Positions 48,552 through 50,451 of a stretch of 50,451 nucleotides of DNA are shown one piece after another (within the stretch, counting starts at the first letter, position 1; each line of letters begins with the position of its first letter). The position numbers and the translations under genes were made by a program. This DNA is from Promethearchaeota archaeon (GTDB lineage: Archaea; Asgardarchaeota; Lokiarchaeia; Sigyniarchaeales; SOKP01), in contig JAHLWP010000033.1 of NCBI GenBank assembly GCA_019057865.1, forward strand, positions 1 through 50,451, written 5' to 3'. Under the pieces are notes generated by a model that was given only the letters and a program-made list of their open reading frames with translations, was not told where the DNA came from and searched no databases.

Positions 48552-50099
48552 CTAATTTTTTAATCTATATTTTTTTTTGATGATAATAATCATAATTGCA
48601 ATTAGTATTAAAGTGAAGCTTCCACTAATTATTAAAAAAGGGATAAGTGAGCCTCCGGCTATAGTGTCAATGATAATCTCAATGTACGTAAATGGTCCAA
48701 GCCCATTTTCAGACGGAGGAGGTGGCGTTTGGTCGAATATATAACTGGAAATGATGTACATTTCATCAATTTCAGAACCAGAAATATCTTCAGTAATTAA
48801 TTTAATCCCCCTATTATGTAGGTTTTGATATACATGCCATCCTAAAGCATCATGAAGAACAATAGATAAGCCTATTGTTTTATCTATGTCTTTTCGAATC
48901 TCAACTGTACATTCATTAAAATGACACTGTAATTTATGAACATGAAAGCCATAATAGTAAAGCTTTATCTTATTATTAAGGGAGGTTTCCCTAATAAGAG
49001 AGTATTTAGTAACACGAGCGTCTAAATTTTCAAAACCATAGAGGTTGTTATTAAATCCCAACTCGTCTAAAGTCAACGCTGTGATCCAATTCAAATATAG
49101 TTCATTGAATGTGATATTATTACCTGCTCTTTGTAAAACATTTTCAATTCCATACGCTCCATCCGCAGGTTCCGTTATAAGATTTCGAAGAATATCAACA
49201 CCATAATGTTCAGCGATGTAGAATGCAAACAAATAGGCACCTCCATAATCAATAGAATTTAACATATTCCAATATAGAAGAGAATCTTCAGGATGGTCAA
49301 GAAAGAGATCTGACTGTGGACTAAGGTTGTTATATGGAGCTAAATAACCAGCATGATACACGGCATATTCCGCTAAAGCTTCGAGAGTGAAGTGAGGTTC
49401 ATCCATTTCATTGTTAAACCAAATGAGATGATGAAACTCATGAGCAATGGTAGGTATCCATGTTCTATAATAAATATGGAACATCTCGCACAGGTTAGAA
49501 TATTCTAAATCTAGTTCATTTCTCTGATCATAATAACTAATTGGATTATGAGAAAGCAAGATTATGATTCTTGGATCACCATCTATATCCCCCAATGTTC
49601 CGTTGGGATGTCCAGCTAAATCAATAATTTGAGGATAAATTGTATAGTCGAATTCATCGCAAATATTTTCCCCCTGTAGAGCTGCAGCTTGCTCTCCTAT
49701 TTCTGCTATACAATAATCTTCCATATAAATGTAGCAATTCTCTCCTATTGAGACCAATGTTGCATTTATTCTATAATATGACCAGCTATTGAAGTCCCAG
49801 ACCCAGAAAGCTCGTTGATCTCCTATATCTAGTAAAGGGCTGTTCTGGGATGAGCTTTGGGTATTTATAGAAGGAGAGTAAAAATGATTTTGTTGAGAAA
49901 TATTAGAGTACCTTAAGATATCATTTTTTTCAGAGTTTTGCTGTGAATTAATTTCTTTTGGTTTTTGGTTAGGTTGAAGATCAAGAAGATGTTCATTTCC
50001 AATAAAAATATAACTTGTAGTAAGTATCCCAAAAGACAAAATAATGAGGAGTATGAAGTTAACTATTCGAAAATGCAATTTTAATGTGATCAATTTCAT
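48552..50099 (-). CDS. Cell-surface zinc metallopeptidase (M30 hyicolysin/M6-like)
   Basis: N-terminal signal/TM, DIDGDPRIIIL, TIAHEFHHLI (HExxH), downstream E..AEY, DYG..YLF; C-terminal TM plus basic tail. Confidence 0.82.
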   Translation of the reverse strand: MKLITLKLHFRIVNFILLIILSFGILTTSYIFIGNEHLLDLQPNQKPKEINSQQNSEKNDILRYSNISQQNHFYSPSINTQSSSQNSPLLDIGDQRAFWVWDFNSWSYYRINATLVSIGENCYIYMEDYCIAEIGEQAAALQGENICDEFDYTIYPQIIDLAGHPNGTLGDIDGDPRIIILLSHNPISYYDQRNELDLEYSNLCEMFHIYYRTWIPTIAHEFHHLIWFNNEMDEPHFTLEALAEYAVYHAGYLAPYNNLSPQSDLFLDHPEDSLLYWNMLNSIDYGGAYLFAFYIAEHYGVDILRNLITEPADGAYGIENVLQRAGNNITFNELYLNWITALTLDELGFNNNLYGFENLDARVTKYSLIRETSLNNKIKLYYYGFHVHKLQCHFNECTVEIRKDIDKTIGLSIVLHDALGWHVYQNLHNRGIKLITEDISGSEIDEMYIISSYIFDQTPPPPSENGLGPFTYIEIIIDTIAGGSLIPFLIISGSFTLILIAIMIIIIKKKYRLKN

Positions 50100-50155
50100 C
50101 TATTTAACCTTTCCAACCTTTATTTTTCCTAATTTTCTGTAGGAATACTACTTTA

Positions 50156-50183
50156 TAAAGGTTTAAGGTGCACTTTTCGAACA
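50156..50183 (-). promoter_or_regulatory. Shared promoter/operator element, copy 2
   Basis: Minus strand TGTTCGAAAAGTGCACCTTAAACCTTTA, running into TTTATAA; 27/28 identical to copy 1; about 57 bp upstream of the 50099 start. Confidence 0.7.
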
Positions 50184-50257
50184 TTTTAATAATTTTCAAG
50201 ATTCATCTGAAATAATTGTCAAGGATTATTTTCCTCTAATTTTATGTACTTTCTTCT

Positions 50258-50451
50258 TTATTCAAAGTTTTTCTTTTTTAGGTGTCTGTACATAAAATAA
50301 CCTCCAGTAATGACGAGAATTGAACATGGGATAGCAATAGTGATTACAATTTCCGTTGGAACAAAATTTTGAATTGTTGGTACATTTGAGAGTTCAAGGA
50401 TCTCCAGACCGTCATCTAAATCAGTTAAAAATACTAAATTATTATCAACAA
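50258..50451 (-). CDS. Partial CDS (3' end): LVIVD-repeat surface protein with C-terminal TM anchor
   Basis: Translates as VDNNLVFLTDLDDGLEILEL...IVITIAIPCSILVITGGYFMYRHLKKKNFE-stop. Confidence 0.7.
   Translation of the reverse strand, partial: VDNNLVFLTDLDDGLEILELSNVPTIQNFVPTEIVITIAIPCSILVITGGYFMYRHLKKKNFE

Overview
This is a very AT-rich archaeal chromosomal segment, most likely from an Asgard archaeon (Lokiarchaeia/Promethearchaeota-like). That assignment rests on a single-domain gelsolin, an archaeal NusA paralog, Alba, a histone, a Sec11 signal peptidase, Taw2 and several Loki-type Zn-ribbon proteins. It holds about 45 CDSs. I found no rRNA, tRNA, CRISPR array or transposase. Main blocks: (1) lipid and carbon metabolism (class III aminotransferase, FGGY kinase, acyl-CoA ligase, DAG-kinase family, thiolase plus DUF35, a CoA-transferase-fold pair); (2) tRNA modification and repair genes; (3) a double-strand-break repair and chromatin locus (UvrD-like helicase, nurA-herA-mre11-rad50, alpha3-truncated histone, SWIM protein, Alba); (4) an MNT-HEPN toxin-antitoxin pair; (5) a cell-surface block with a membrane-anchored double-wHTH regulator and two near-identical 28-bp promoter elements. 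Best new leads: the UvrD helicase next to the resection operon has a C-terminal RadA/RAD51 FxxA-type motif (FTTADELLKK), suggesting an Srs2/RECQL5/FIGNL1-like recombinase regulator; the CoA-transferase pair has IpdAB-like catalytic residues; a 711-aa cytoplasmic protein resembles the mu-adaptin homology domain; two genes seem to need ATT/ATA starts. All family assignments come from recognising motifs by eye, not from database searches.
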